From an uncultured Thiohalobacter sp. (lineage in GTDB: Bacteria > Pseudomonadota > Gammaproteobacteria > DSM-19610): a DNA stretch of 41,552 bases. The position numbers and the translations under genes were made by a program. Numbering within the stretch: the stretch's first letter is position 1; the number at the start of each line of letters is the position of its first letter. This document shows positions 11,008-19,644 of this stretch, piece by piece. The stretch is taken from the NCBI GenBank assembly GCA_964625255.1, contig CAZVBD010000003.1, forward strand, positions 1 through 41,552, written 5' to 3'. The notes under the pieces were generated by a model, which was not told where the DNA came from, ran no database searches, and saw nothing but the letters and a program-made list of their open reading frames with translations.

Positions 11008-11310
11008 GCACTTGCGAACAAATATCACGGCATGCCGGATAGTGTCTGAATTTTATGCCGCCCGGCAAACCACCCGCCACCATGAATCGGTAGACTTTCC
11101 AGAAAACGTCGACTTTCTTTACGCGGAAAATTTACACCAAAACATCGCCAAATTAATCAATTAATATTTTATATTCATATGGTTATCACAAAAATAACCC
11201 CCCTTGGTTTGTTACATAACTGTCGAATTTGTTTACATAGAAAAAAGTCGGATACAGCCCTCTCCCTGATAACCTCACATAACAGACTGTTTTTTCAGGG
11301 GTTGCCATTT

Positions 11311-11327
11311 CTGGCATGGAGCTTGCT
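11311..11327 (+). promoter_or_regulatory. sigma54 -24/-12 promoter
   Basis: CTGGCATGGAGCTTGCT: GG at 11313-14 and GC at 11325-26, exact consensus spacing. Confidence 0.75.
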
Positions 11328-11337
11328 CTTTCAGTTA

Positions 11338-11536
11338 GCGAGGGAACGATGTAAGTAACAAGATATGTCTGTGTTCTATGTACGAGGGGCGATTGAGCGC
11401 CAGCTGTCTTACAAGAATGGCCTGCGGCAATTGAAAATCCTTCCGTCAGAAATAACTGAGAATCAGCACTGACGGCAGGGGGGAAAGATTATAAATGCTC
11501 TACTGCTACGGCGAGCCTCACGGCTCGCCGCTTTTA
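11338..11536 (+). ncRNA. candidate sigma54-dependent small RNA (or short sORF transcript)
   Basis: Bounded by a sigma54 promoter and an intrinsic terminator. Internal stem CCGTCAG/CTGACGG (11443-11475). No long ORF. Confidence 0.55.
11509..11536 (+). terminator. intrinsic terminator
   Basis: CGGCGAGCC-TCAC-GGCTCGCCG followed by CTTTTA on the + strand. Confidence 0.75.
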
Positions 11537-11538
11537 TG

Positions 11539-12900
11539 TCAGGGGAAAGGAAATCCTTGTGGCATCTTGCCCTTCAGGCCACGCATCATATTCTTCATGC
11601 CACCCTTCGACATTTTCTTCATCATTTTTTGCATCTGGGTGAACTGCTTGAGCAAGCGGTTGACGTCCTGAACCTGTGTCCCGGAACCGGCGGCAATACG
11701 TCTGCGCCGTGAGCCTTTGATAATACCCGGGAAAGCGCGTTCTTTAAGTGTCATGGAGCGGATAACCGCCAGCATGCGATCCATATCCTTGTCATTGACC
11801 TGTTCACGGACGTTTTTGGGTATCTGACTCATGCCGGGCAGCTTGTCCATCAAGCCACCCAGACCACCCATTCCTGCCATCTGCTCCAGCTGATCGTGAA
11901 AATCGGTCAAGTCGAAACGCTTTCCCTTGTGCAGCTTTTTCGCCAGCCGCGTTGCCTTTTCCTTGTCTACCTTGCGCTCGACCTCTTCGACCAGGCTGAG
12001 GACATCGCCCATCCCCAGAATACGCGAGGCGACACGATCCGGGTGGAATGGCTCCAGGGCATCAGTTTTTTCACCAATACCGAGGAATTTGATTGGCTTG
12101 CCGGTGATTGCACGAATAGACAGCGCCGCACCACCGCGGGCATCACCATCCGTCTTGGTCAGGATAATACCGCTCAGGGGCAATGCATCGTTGAAAGCAC
12201 GCGCGGTATTGGCCGCATCCTGGCCAGTCATGCTATCAACCACAAACAGGGTTTCGATCGGTTGCACAGCCGTATGGACGCGCTGAATCTCATCCATCAT
12301 GTCTGTATCGATATGCAGGCGACCGGCGGTATCAATAATCAGCACATCAACATGCTGTTTACGTGCCTGTTCAAGCGCGGCGTTCGCGATAGTGACAGGA
12401 TCCTGGTCTGTGCTGCTTGGGAAGAAGACAGCGCCGACTTCAGTCGCCAGTGTTTTCAGCTGTTCAATAGCAGCAGGACGGTAGATGTCACAGCTCGCAA
12501 CCATCACTGATTTGTTCTTGCGCTCTTTTAACCAGCGCGCGAGCTTGCCGGTCGACGTGGTTTTGCCGGAACCCTGCAGGCCTGCCATTAACACCACGGC
12601 CGGGGGTTGCACATTGAGCTGAAGTTCGTCGCAGGCCTCACCCATCAGCGCGACCAGTTCGTCATTAACAATCTTGACCAACGCCTGACCCGGCGTCAGA
12701 CTTTGCATAACTTCCTGTCCGACAGCACGTTCCCGCACCTTGTCGATAAAGTCCTTGACCACCGGCAGCGCCACGTCGGCCTCAAGCAGGGCCATGCGCA
12801 CTTCACGTAGCGCATCCTTGATATTATCTTCGCTGAGGCGCCCCTGCCCGCGCAGGCGCTTGATCGTGCCGGTCAGGCGATCTGTCAGATTCTCGAACAT
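11539..12900 (-). CDS. ffh: signal recognition particle protein
   Basis: GLQGSGKTT, DTAGRL, TKTDGDARGG, Met-rich M domain with SRRRRIAAGSG. Confidence 0.99.
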   Translation of the reverse strand: MFENLTDRLTGTIKRLRGQGRLSEDNIKDALREVRMALLEADVALPVVKDFIDKVRERAVGQEVMQSLTPGQALVKIVNDELVALMGEACDELQLNVQPPAVVLMAGLQGSGKTTSTGKLARWLKERKNKSVMVASCDIYRPAAIEQLKTLATEVGAVFFPSSTDQDPVTIANAALEQARKQHVDVLIIDTAGRLHIDTDMMDEIQRVHTAVQPIETLFVVDSMTGQDAANTARAFNDALPLSGIILTKTDGDARGGAALSIRAITGKPIKFLGIGEKTDALEPFHPDRVASRILGMGDVLSLVEEVERKVDKEKATRLAKKLHKGKRFDLTDFHDQLEQMAGMGGLGGLMDKLPGMSQIPKNVREQVNDKDMDRMLAVIRSMTLKERAFPGIIKGSRRRRIAAGSGTQVQDVNRLLKQFTQMQKMMKKMSKGGMKNMMRGLKGKMPQGFPFP

Positions 12901-12927
12901 GCAAAACCTTCCCAGTTAAAGGCAGGA

Positions 12928-13692
12928 TTATAGCGTGAAGCGGTCCCCGCCGCACAGGCGTTGCACATCCAGCGCTTCGATCTGGTCGCGGCACTGGTCC
13001 AGGATGCGCGTTTCACTGCCGGGCTTGAGATGGGTCAGAAAGAGCTGTGGACGGTGACGCAGTTTTTTCAGGTCAGCCGCCAGCAATCCCGGACAATAAT
13101 GCCGTGCCTGCTGGCTGAGTTCGCGATCCTCATCCGGAAAGGCGCTCTCGACAATCAGCAAATCCAGTGTGTCGTGACGGTTGAGTGCCGTCCAGAACCC
13201 TTCATTACTGGTGGTGTCGCCGCTAAACGCAAAACTGCCAACACCGTTCTGCACCCGGTAACCTGCCGCCGGCACCGCGTGATTGACCGCGATCATTTCA
13301 ACACTGCGGTTGCCAACACGCATTCGCTCACCCGGCTGCATCTCTTCAAAGCGCAGCACCGGCGCCTCGGCACTCGGCAGACAGGAGAAATCCGGCCAGA
13401 TCTGCCAGTTAAAGATGTGCTCCTTCAAGGCACGCAGTGTTTCTGCCCGGGCGTGCAATATAATGGGTTCATGAATGTAGTCAAACACCGAATCGAGCAA
13501 CATGGGTATACCGGCAATATGGTCCAGGTGTGAATGCGTCACAAAAATATGCCGGATTCTTTTCATCTCATCGAGACTGAGCTCCGTTAGACCGGTTCCT
13601 CCATCAATAAGGATATCGCCATCCACCAGCAGAGAGGTAGTCGTCATTTCAGTGCCAATCCCGCCACTGCATCCCAGTATTCTCAGTTCCAT
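12928..13692 (-). CDS. class II cyclic-nucleotide phosphodiesterase-like MBL-fold hydrolase
   Basis: LRILGCSGGIG, THSHLDHI, HIFNWQIWPDF, FSGDT, THLKP. Start trimmed to ATG 13692. Confidence 0.82.
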   Translation of the reverse strand: MELRILGCSGGIGTEMTTTSLLVDGDILIDGGTGLTELSLDEMKRIRHIFVTHSHLDHIAGIPMLLDSVFDYIHEPIILHARAETLRALKEHIFNWQIWPDFSCLPSAEAPVLRFEEMQPGERMRVGNRSVEMIAVNHAVPAAGYRVQNGVGSFAFSGDTTSNEGFWTALNRHDTLDLLIVESAFPDEDRELSQQARHYCPGLLAADLKKLRHRPQLFLTHLKPGSETRILDQCRDQIEALDVQRLCGGDRFTL

Positions 13693-13726
13693 CGTCTTGA
13701 TTCCGGTTATCACCTGATACCGGTAA

Positions 13727-13742
13727 TGCGAGTACCGTGCCA
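13727..13742 (-). promoter_or_regulatory. sigma54 -24/-12 promoter upstream of the phosphodiesterase
   Basis: Minus strand TGGCACGGTACTCGCA with correct GG/GC spacing, ~35 nt upstream of the ATG. Confidence 0.6.
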
Positions 13743-13933
13743 CGGCAATTCACACAGGAAGAGAGAACCGGCTCACAGTCTTCGCCCTTTTCCAAGCACA
13801 TTTGCGTGATCCATGCAACACGGCAAACACAACTGACGCTGTACGTCAGTCTGAGTGACACTGTCGGGCGATTTCCTTTCAGGATAAGGCGGCAAGACTT
13901 TAAGCCCCCGGTGGCTTATGCCATCATTAGCGG

Positions 13934-14746
13934 ATGAATGCGACAGGACTCGCCTTACCCGCTGTATTGCTCTATCTGCTGGCCACTGTCGGGCTGGCCA
14001 TGCGTCTTGGCGGCTGCACATTGTCCATGTGTGCCACGCGTAAAATCATCTTTGTACCCGGCATCAGTGCCGCAATACTGCACGCCCTGGTTCTCTACCC
14101 GGAACTGATTACCGGACAGGGCATCAACCTGGGCTTCTTTAATGCAGCTTCACTGGTCGCCCTGCTGACCGTAGTGCTGTTGTTACTGACTGCCATCTGG
14201 CAGCCTGTGGAGTCGATTGGCATCCCGCTACTGCCCATCACAGCAACGACACTGGGGCTGGCAGCGCTCTATCCCAGCCAACATGCGATCAGCGCCACCA
14301 GCTGGCAACTCGACACCCATATCCTGTTTTCTGTACTGGCCTACAGCCTGTTCGTACTGGCCGCTTTCCAGGCGGTGCTGCTGGCCATCCAGGAACGCCA
14401 CCTGCGCAATCGCCAGCCCGGCGGTTTCATCCGCGCTCTGCCACCACTCCAGGTGATGGAAAAACTGCTGTTCCAGATGATTGGTGTCGGCTTTACGCTG
14501 CTGACTATTGCTCTGCTGACCGGTTTTTTCTTCATCGAAGACATTTTTGCACAACACCTGGTACACAAGACCATCCTGTCGATAGCCGGCTGGATTATTT
14601 TCGGGGTATTGCTGTGGGGACGCTGGCGTTTCGGCTGGCGTGGCCGTACCGCCATCCGCTGGACACTGAGCGGCTTTGCCCTGCTGGCACTGGCCTACTT
14701 CGGCAGCAAGCTGGTGCTCGAACTGATTCTGACCGGCAACGCCTGA
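13934..14746 (+). CDS. ypjD: cytochrome c assembly (CcsA)-family inner membrane protein YpjD
   Basis: Multiple TM helices, LPPLQVMEKLLF, HKTILS..W, GWRG..A, LAYFGSKLVLE. Usual position, divergent from ffh. Confidence 0.85.
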   Translation: MNATGLALPAVLLYLLATVGLAMRLGGCTLSMCATRKIIFVPGISAAILHALVLYPELITGQGINLGFFNAASLVALLTVVLLLLTAIWQPVESIGIPLLPITATTLGLAALYPSQHAISATSWQLDTHILFSVLAYSLFVLAAFQAVLLAIQERHLRNRQPGGFIRALPPLQVMEKLLFQMIGVGFTLLTIALLTGFFFIEDIFAQHLVHKTILSIAGWIIFGVLLWGRWRFGWRGRTAIRWTLSGFALLALAYFGSKLVLELILTGNA

Positions 14747-14803
14747 CAAACCTCGTCGTCCGGCATACAATCCCCCCATCTACGGCGACGAGGTCAGACC
14801 TCC

Positions 14804-16084
14804 TTGGACGACATACCGCTTAGCGTGCTGTTCGGCATACTGGTGTTCCTGATCATACTGTCAGCATTCTTTTCCGGTTCAGAAACCGGGCTGATGACGC
14901 TTAACCGCTACCGATTGCGTCACCTGGTGCGTGCACGTCATCGCGGTGCAGTGCGTGCGCAGAAACTGCTGGAACGTCCTGACCGGCTTATCGGCCTTAT
15001 TCTGCTCGGCAACAATTTCGTCAACATCCTTGCCTCCACGCTGACAGCCGTGATCGCTTTCCGTATCGCTGGTGAAACCGGGTTGATGGTCGGTGCTGCG
15101 CTGCTTACCCTGGTCATTCTGATCTTTGCGGAAGTCACGCCCAAAACACTCGCGGCGCTGCATCCCGAGCGAGTAGCCTTCCCTGCCGCTTTTGTTTACG
15201 GGCCGCTGTTGTGGCTGCTTTACCCTTTCGTATGGGTCGTCAACATCATCGCCAACTCCATACTCAAAGCGATAGGTGTTCGCCCCGAACGGGGCGATAC
15301 CAATACCCTGAGCCAGGAGGAGCTGCGTACGGTCGTCCTGGAAGCCGGCGCCATGATCCCCAAACGCCACCAGGATATGCTGCTCAATATTATCGACCTG
15401 GAAAAAGTCACGGTCGAAGATATTATGGTGCCGCGCAAGGAGATCAGCGGCATCGACCTGGATGAGGACTGGAACACGATTATGCGCCAGATCATCTCCA
15501 GCCAGTACACGCGCCTGCCGGTGTACCGGGGCAGCATCGATCACGTCATCGGCTTTATTCATCTGCGCAAGATACTGCCTCTGCTGAAGCACGATGAGTT
15601 CGACAAGGAGGCACTGGAAAAATCCATTCGTGAACCCCTGTTCATCCCCGAAAATACACCATTGAACCGTCAGCTGCTGAATTTCCAGCGGGAACGGCGA
15701 CGTGTTGGACTGGTTGTTGACGAATATGGCGATATCCAGGGACTCGCCACGCTTGAGGACATTCTTGAAGAAGTGGTTGGCGAATTCACCACCGACCCCT
15801 CCACCAGCAGCAAGGATATTATGCCGCAGGAGGATGGCAGCTACCTGGTCAACGGCACCGTCACCATTCGCGAGCTGAACCGGGCGTTGAATATAGCGTT
15901 GCAGACCGATGGCCCGAAAACACTGAACGGGCTTGTCCTTGAATATCTGGAAGATATCCCACAACCGGGGACCAGCCTGCTGTTGTCCGGATACCCGATA
16001 GATATCGTGCAGACCCAGGGGAATCTGGTAAAAACATTGCGCATCCATACCACCAGGCGTCAACCTGTGCCGGAACAAAACTAG
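14804..16084 (+). CDS. HlyC/CorC (CNNM-CBS) family transporter, YfjD-like
   Basis: SAFFSGSETG, ILLGNNFVNI, FAEVTPKT, tandem CBS (VVDEYGDIQGL), CorC C-terminus. TTG start. Confidence 0.92.
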   Translation: MDDIPLSVLFGILVFLIILSAFFSGSETGLMTLNRYRLRHLVRARHRGAVRAQKLLERPDRLIGLILLGNNFVNILASTLTAVIAFRIAGETGLMVGAALLTLVILIFAEVTPKTLAALHPERVAFPAAFVYGPLLWLLYPFVWVVNIIANSILKAIGVRPERGDTNTLSQEELRTVVLEAGAMIPKRHQDMLLNIIDLEKVTVEDIMVPRKEISGIDLDEDWNTIMRQIISSQYTRLPVYRGSIDHVIGFIHLRKILPLLKHDEFDKEALEKSIREPLFIPENTPLNRQLLNFQRERRRVGLVVDEYGDIQGLATLEDILEEVVGEFTTDPSTSSKDIMPQEDGSYLVNGTVTIRELNRALNIALQTDGPKTLNGLVLEYLEDIPQPGTSLLLSGYPIDIVQTQGNLVKTLRIHTTRRQPVPEQN

Positions 16085-16155
16085 CCATCAGATTCAGTCC
16101 TGCCAGCCGATGTCTATACTGGGACACATCTTGTAAAACCTGCCGGGGGAAATAC

Positions 16156-17172
16156 ATGGCCAGCCTGACATTGTCATTCAAGGGCCAGAAACTGAAGATT
16201 TTTGCACTGGAGTCGACTGACACAGTCATTGGCCGTGATGACAGTTGTGCAATCTTTATCGACAGTCTTGCCATTGAACCGCAACATGCCATCATCAGGC
16301 AGCATGGAGACATCTGCACCGTTGAGCCTGTCGACCAGGAAAGTCATGTCCTCGTCAACGCTGTACGGGTTGAAAAGGCACATAAACTCTCGGATAGAGA
16401 CAACATACAAATCGGGAAACACACCCTGACGTATTCCATAGAGCAGAAATTCCCTGCACAGGAAGCACCACAGCCCCTGCAAACCCGCACATATTACGAT
16501 GCACACCACTGGCTACAAATTCAGAGCGGTTCACACCTTGGTCGAACCATCCGCCTCGACAAGGCCTTCACGCGCATCGGAAGTACAGACAGTAACCTTG
16601 CCATTATCGCCCGCCGCTATAATGGTTACTATCTTTCCCACCTGGATGGCGAACAGCACCCGGTGGTCAATGACCGAACAATCGGCGATACGGCACATAG
16701 ACTCTGCCACGGCGATAACATCAGTGTTGGTGAGCTGCAAGTACAGTTTTTCTCAGGCATGACACAGGCACCACAGGAGAATACCGATATGAGCAAATCC
16801 GATGAGCATACCGAACAACGCAAGTTCAGGCGCATCCCCTTCGATGTTAGCGTCAGCCTGCATCTTGGTGACACACACTGGGAAAGCACTCTGGCGGATA
16901 TTTCCCTGCACGGTGCGTTGATTCATACACCGGAAGACTTTACATCAAATGCAGACGCACAGTATCGCCTCGACATTCATCTGGAAGGAGGGCCGGATAT
17001 CGCCATGGATGTCCATGTGGCGCATCAGGAGCCGGGAACGACAGGGCTGCGCTGCGACGATATTGATGTTGACAGCATTACCCACCTGCGACGGCTGGTA
17101 GAACTGAATCTGGGTGACCCGGAACTGCTGGAGCGTGAATTATCCGCACTGGCACCGATTGAACCGATTTGA
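16156..17172 (+). CDS. tandem FHA domain + PilZ (MapZ/PA4608-like) protein
   Basis: FHA-like VIGRD..C.I.ID...H and second FHA (RIG...PVVND..L..GD.I.VG). PilZ RKFRR and DISLHG motifs, ending in the MapZ-like SITHLRRLVELNLGDPELLEREL. Confidence 0.85.
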   Translation: MASLTLSFKGQKLKIFALESTDTVIGRDDSCAIFIDSLAIEPQHAIIRQHGDICTVEPVDQESHVLVNAVRVEKAHKLSDRDNIQIGKHTLTYSIEQKFPAQEAPQPLQTRTYYDAHHWLQIQSGSHLGRTIRLDKAFTRIGSTDSNLAIIARRYNGYYLSHLDGEQHPVVNDRTIGDTAHRLCHGDNISVGELQVQFFSGMTQAPQENTDMSKSDEHTEQRKFRRIPFDVSVSLHLGDTHWESTLADISLHGALIHTPEDFTSNADAQYRLDIHLEGGPDIAMDVHVAHQEPGTTGLRCDDIDVDSITHLRRLVELNLGDPELLERELSALAPIEPI

Positions 17173-17175
17173 GCA

Positions 17176-18549
17176 TCACTGCCCGGAGAACCAGTCCATT
17201 ACTTCCGAATAGCGTGATACTGCACAGATATCCAGGCCCTTGATGGCTGACTTCGGCGCATTGGCCGCTGGTACAAGTGCTCGCCGGAAACCCAGCTTGG
17301 CCGCTTCATGCAGGCGCTGCTGACCGTTCGGTACCGGCCGAATCTCACCCGCCAGCCCCACCTCGCCAAAAACAACAAGATCATTCGGCAAGGTACGATC
17401 CCGGAAGCTCGACAACACCGCCAGCAACACGGACAAATCAGCCGCTGTTTCCGTCACGCGCACTCCACCCACCACGTTGACATAAACATCCTGATCCCCC
17501 ATCACTACACCACCGTGGCGGTGCTGGACAGCCAGCAACATAGCCAGCCGGTTCTGTTCCAGGCCGAGCGTCACACGCCTTGGGTTGGATAGCAGGCTGT
17601 CATCCACCAGAGCCTGCACCTCAACCAGCATCGGCCGTGTCCCTTCCATGGTGACCAGAATGACACTGCCCGCCACCGGTTGGTCATGTCGTGATAAAAA
17701 AATGGATGATGGATTGCGGACCTCTTTGAGACCCTTGTCGGTCATGACGAAAACACCCAGCTCGTTGACAGCACCGAAACGGTTTTTGACAGCACGGATG
17801 ACACGGTAGCGGCCACCGGAGTCACCTTCGAAATACAACACCGTATCGACCATGTGTTCCAGTACGCGTGGACCGGCCAGCGTACCTTCCTTGGTTACAT
17901 GCCCGACCAGAAATAATGCCGTGCCGGTCTGCTTGGCAAAACGCACCAGTTGTGCAGCGCTTTCGCGCACCTGCCCGACTGATCCTGGTGCTGATTGCAA
18001 CGCCTCGGTATACAGCGTCTGGATCGAATCGATCACCATAACCTTCGGTATCTCAATGCGTGCGTGCTCAATGATCCGTTCGACAGAGGTTTCCGCTAGC
18101 AAGCGCATGTTGTCCGCGCTCGCCTCCAGGCGACGTGCCCGCAGGGATACCTGCTCGGGCGATTCCTCACCCGTCACGTAGAGCGCTTTCAGGTTGCCGG
18201 GAAATGACGCAAGTGCCTGCAACAACAAGGTGGATTTTCCAATACCTGGATCACCACCAATCAGCACAACCGAGCCGGCGACCAGGCCACCACCCAGAAC
18301 GCGATCCAGCTCCTGTACACCAACGGAAACCCGCACCTCCTGTCCCGGCTGAACTGCACCAAGATCCTGGATTTGTGCACCAGCCTGCCCGGTATAGCTG
18401 CTGAACCGAGACTTGCCTGCATCACTGGACACACTGGCAAGCGCCTCGCTCATGCTGTTCCAGGCACCACAATCTGCACACTGACCAGCCCATTTAGGCG
18501 CCAGTGCGCCGCAGTCGCTGCACTGATATTGGAGTTTTGATTTTGCCAT
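17176..18549 (-). CDS. radA: DNA repair protein RadA/Sms
   Basis: C4 zinc finger, GDPGIGKST, KNRFG, Lon-like C-terminus GEVGLAGEIR. Confidence 0.99.
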   Translation of the reverse strand: MAKSKLQYQCSDCGALAPKWAGQCADCGAWNSMSEALASVSSDAGKSRFSSYTGQAGAQIQDLGAVQPGQEVRVSVGVQELDRVLGGGLVAGSVVLIGGDPGIGKSTLLLQALASFPGNLKALYVTGEESPEQVSLRARRLEASADNMRLLAETSVERIIEHARIEIPKVMVIDSIQTLYTEALQSAPGSVGQVRESAAQLVRFAKQTGTALFLVGHVTKEGTLAGPRVLEHMVDTVLYFEGDSGGRYRVIRAVKNRFGAVNELGVFVMTDKGLKEVRNPSSIFLSRHDQPVAGSVILVTMEGTRPMLVEVQALVDDSLLSNPRRVTLGLEQNRLAMLLAVQHRHGGVVMGDQDVYVNVVGGVRVTETAADLSVLLAVLSSFRDRTLPNDLVVFGEVGLAGEIRPVPNGQQRLHEAAKLGFRRALVPAANAPKSAIKGLDICAVSRYSEVMDWFSGQ

Positions 18550-18701
18550 GGCACGTCTCGAACAGTCGGGAAGGATCGGAGTGTACCCTTGAGCACCGCT
18601 GGATGACTACTGTCGGCAATCTGTATGCCATCAATGAATTAGCATTGTACAACTCCTGGAATTTCTGGCACGCTTGTCCACTAGGGTAATACGCGTTCTG
18701 A

Positions 18702-19640
18702 ATGCGGAAGCACAGGGGAGAAAACAGTAGCGTGAAACACACTGACGACGACATTCTTCAGCGCAGGCTGCGACATCTCAAAGTAACCAATGATCCGGCA
18801 CGCAATGCTGTCTGGATAGAGTTTAAATTCAGCGGCCGGCCATGCTTCACAACCGGGTTGCTTGATGACCTTATGATTGCGCAGCACTCTATCCGGAAAA
18901 CTGCACAACAACAGCATAGGCTTGGGAACAACGACCGACTTCAGTTCCAGGTACTCGCTTCGTCGGACACCCGCGCATTCAACCTGGGTGGTGATCTGAC
19001 TCACTTCATCAAACTCATCGAAACACGCGACCGGGATGCTCTACTGGACTATGCAAAAACCTGTATCGACATCCAGTTCGCCTCCGTAACCCATTACGAC
19101 ATTCCCTTTACCACCATTGCACTGGTTCAGGGCGAAGCATTGGGAGGCGGATTTGAAGCCGCACTGTCAAACAACGTTATCATTGCGGAAGAATCAGCCC
19201 GCTTCGGGTTTCCCGAACTGAGCTTTGGGATGTTCCCCGGGATGGGAGCCATTTCATTACTGACACGAAAAATCACCCCCGCCATGGCACGACGACTCAT
19301 CATGGACCGTCGTGTACACACGGCTGAAGAGCTTTATGATATGGGTGTTATCGATGTATTGGCAGCAGAAGGCGAGGGCCGTGAGGCTGTTGCCAACTAC
19401 ATGCAGCGACATAGTGACATCGCACCTGGATTGCACGGATTTCAGGCCGCCATCGATCGGGCCATGCCTGTCAGTTACGATGAATTGTACGATATTGTGG
19501 AACACTGGGTAGACACGGCACTTCAACTCAGCGAGAAAAACCGCAGGTTAATGGCCTACTTTGCCCGCGCACAAAGCCGACAGCAGCGCTCACAGCATCC
19601 GCCCCTGGTTATCGACCGCAGACAAACGTCACCGACTTGA
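18702..19640 (+). CDS. rpfF: DSF synthase RpfF (crotonase family)
   Basis: GRPCF, VLAS...FNLGGDL..F...I...DR..LL.YA..C, catalytic GGGFE and GFPE, FPGMGA. Convergent with an RpfC-like kinase. Real start may be GTG 18732. Confidence 0.9.
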   Translation: MRKHRGENSSVKHTDDDILQRRLRHLKVTNDPARNAVWIEFKFSGRPCFTTGLLDDLMIAQHSIRKTAQQQHRLGNNDRLQFQVLASSDTRAFNLGGDLTHFIKLIETRDRDALLDYAKTCIDIQFASVTHYDIPFTTIALVQGEALGGGFEAALSNNVIIAEESARFGFPELSFGMFPGMGAISLLTRKITPAMARRLIMDRRVHTAEELYDMGVIDVLAAEGEGREAVANYMQRHSDIAPGLHGFQAAIDRAMPVSYDELYDIVEHWVDTALQLSEKNRRLMAYFARAQSRQQRSQHPPLVIDRRQTSPT

Positions 19641-19644
19641 AACT

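Noticed and set aside
10943-11164. 73-aa ORF in the rpsP-ffh spacer
   Set aside because: TTG start, no RBS, overlaps the rpsP promoter and putative enhancer sites; not protein-like.
13800-13930. Possible c-di-GMP-I riboswitch (GGCAAAC plus hairpins)
   Set aside because: The GAAA tetraloop/receptor and GCAAAG-P2 architecture are absent; better read as promoter or operator DNA.
14879-16078. 399-aa - strand ORF
   Set aside because: Antisense shadow of the CorC-family gene.
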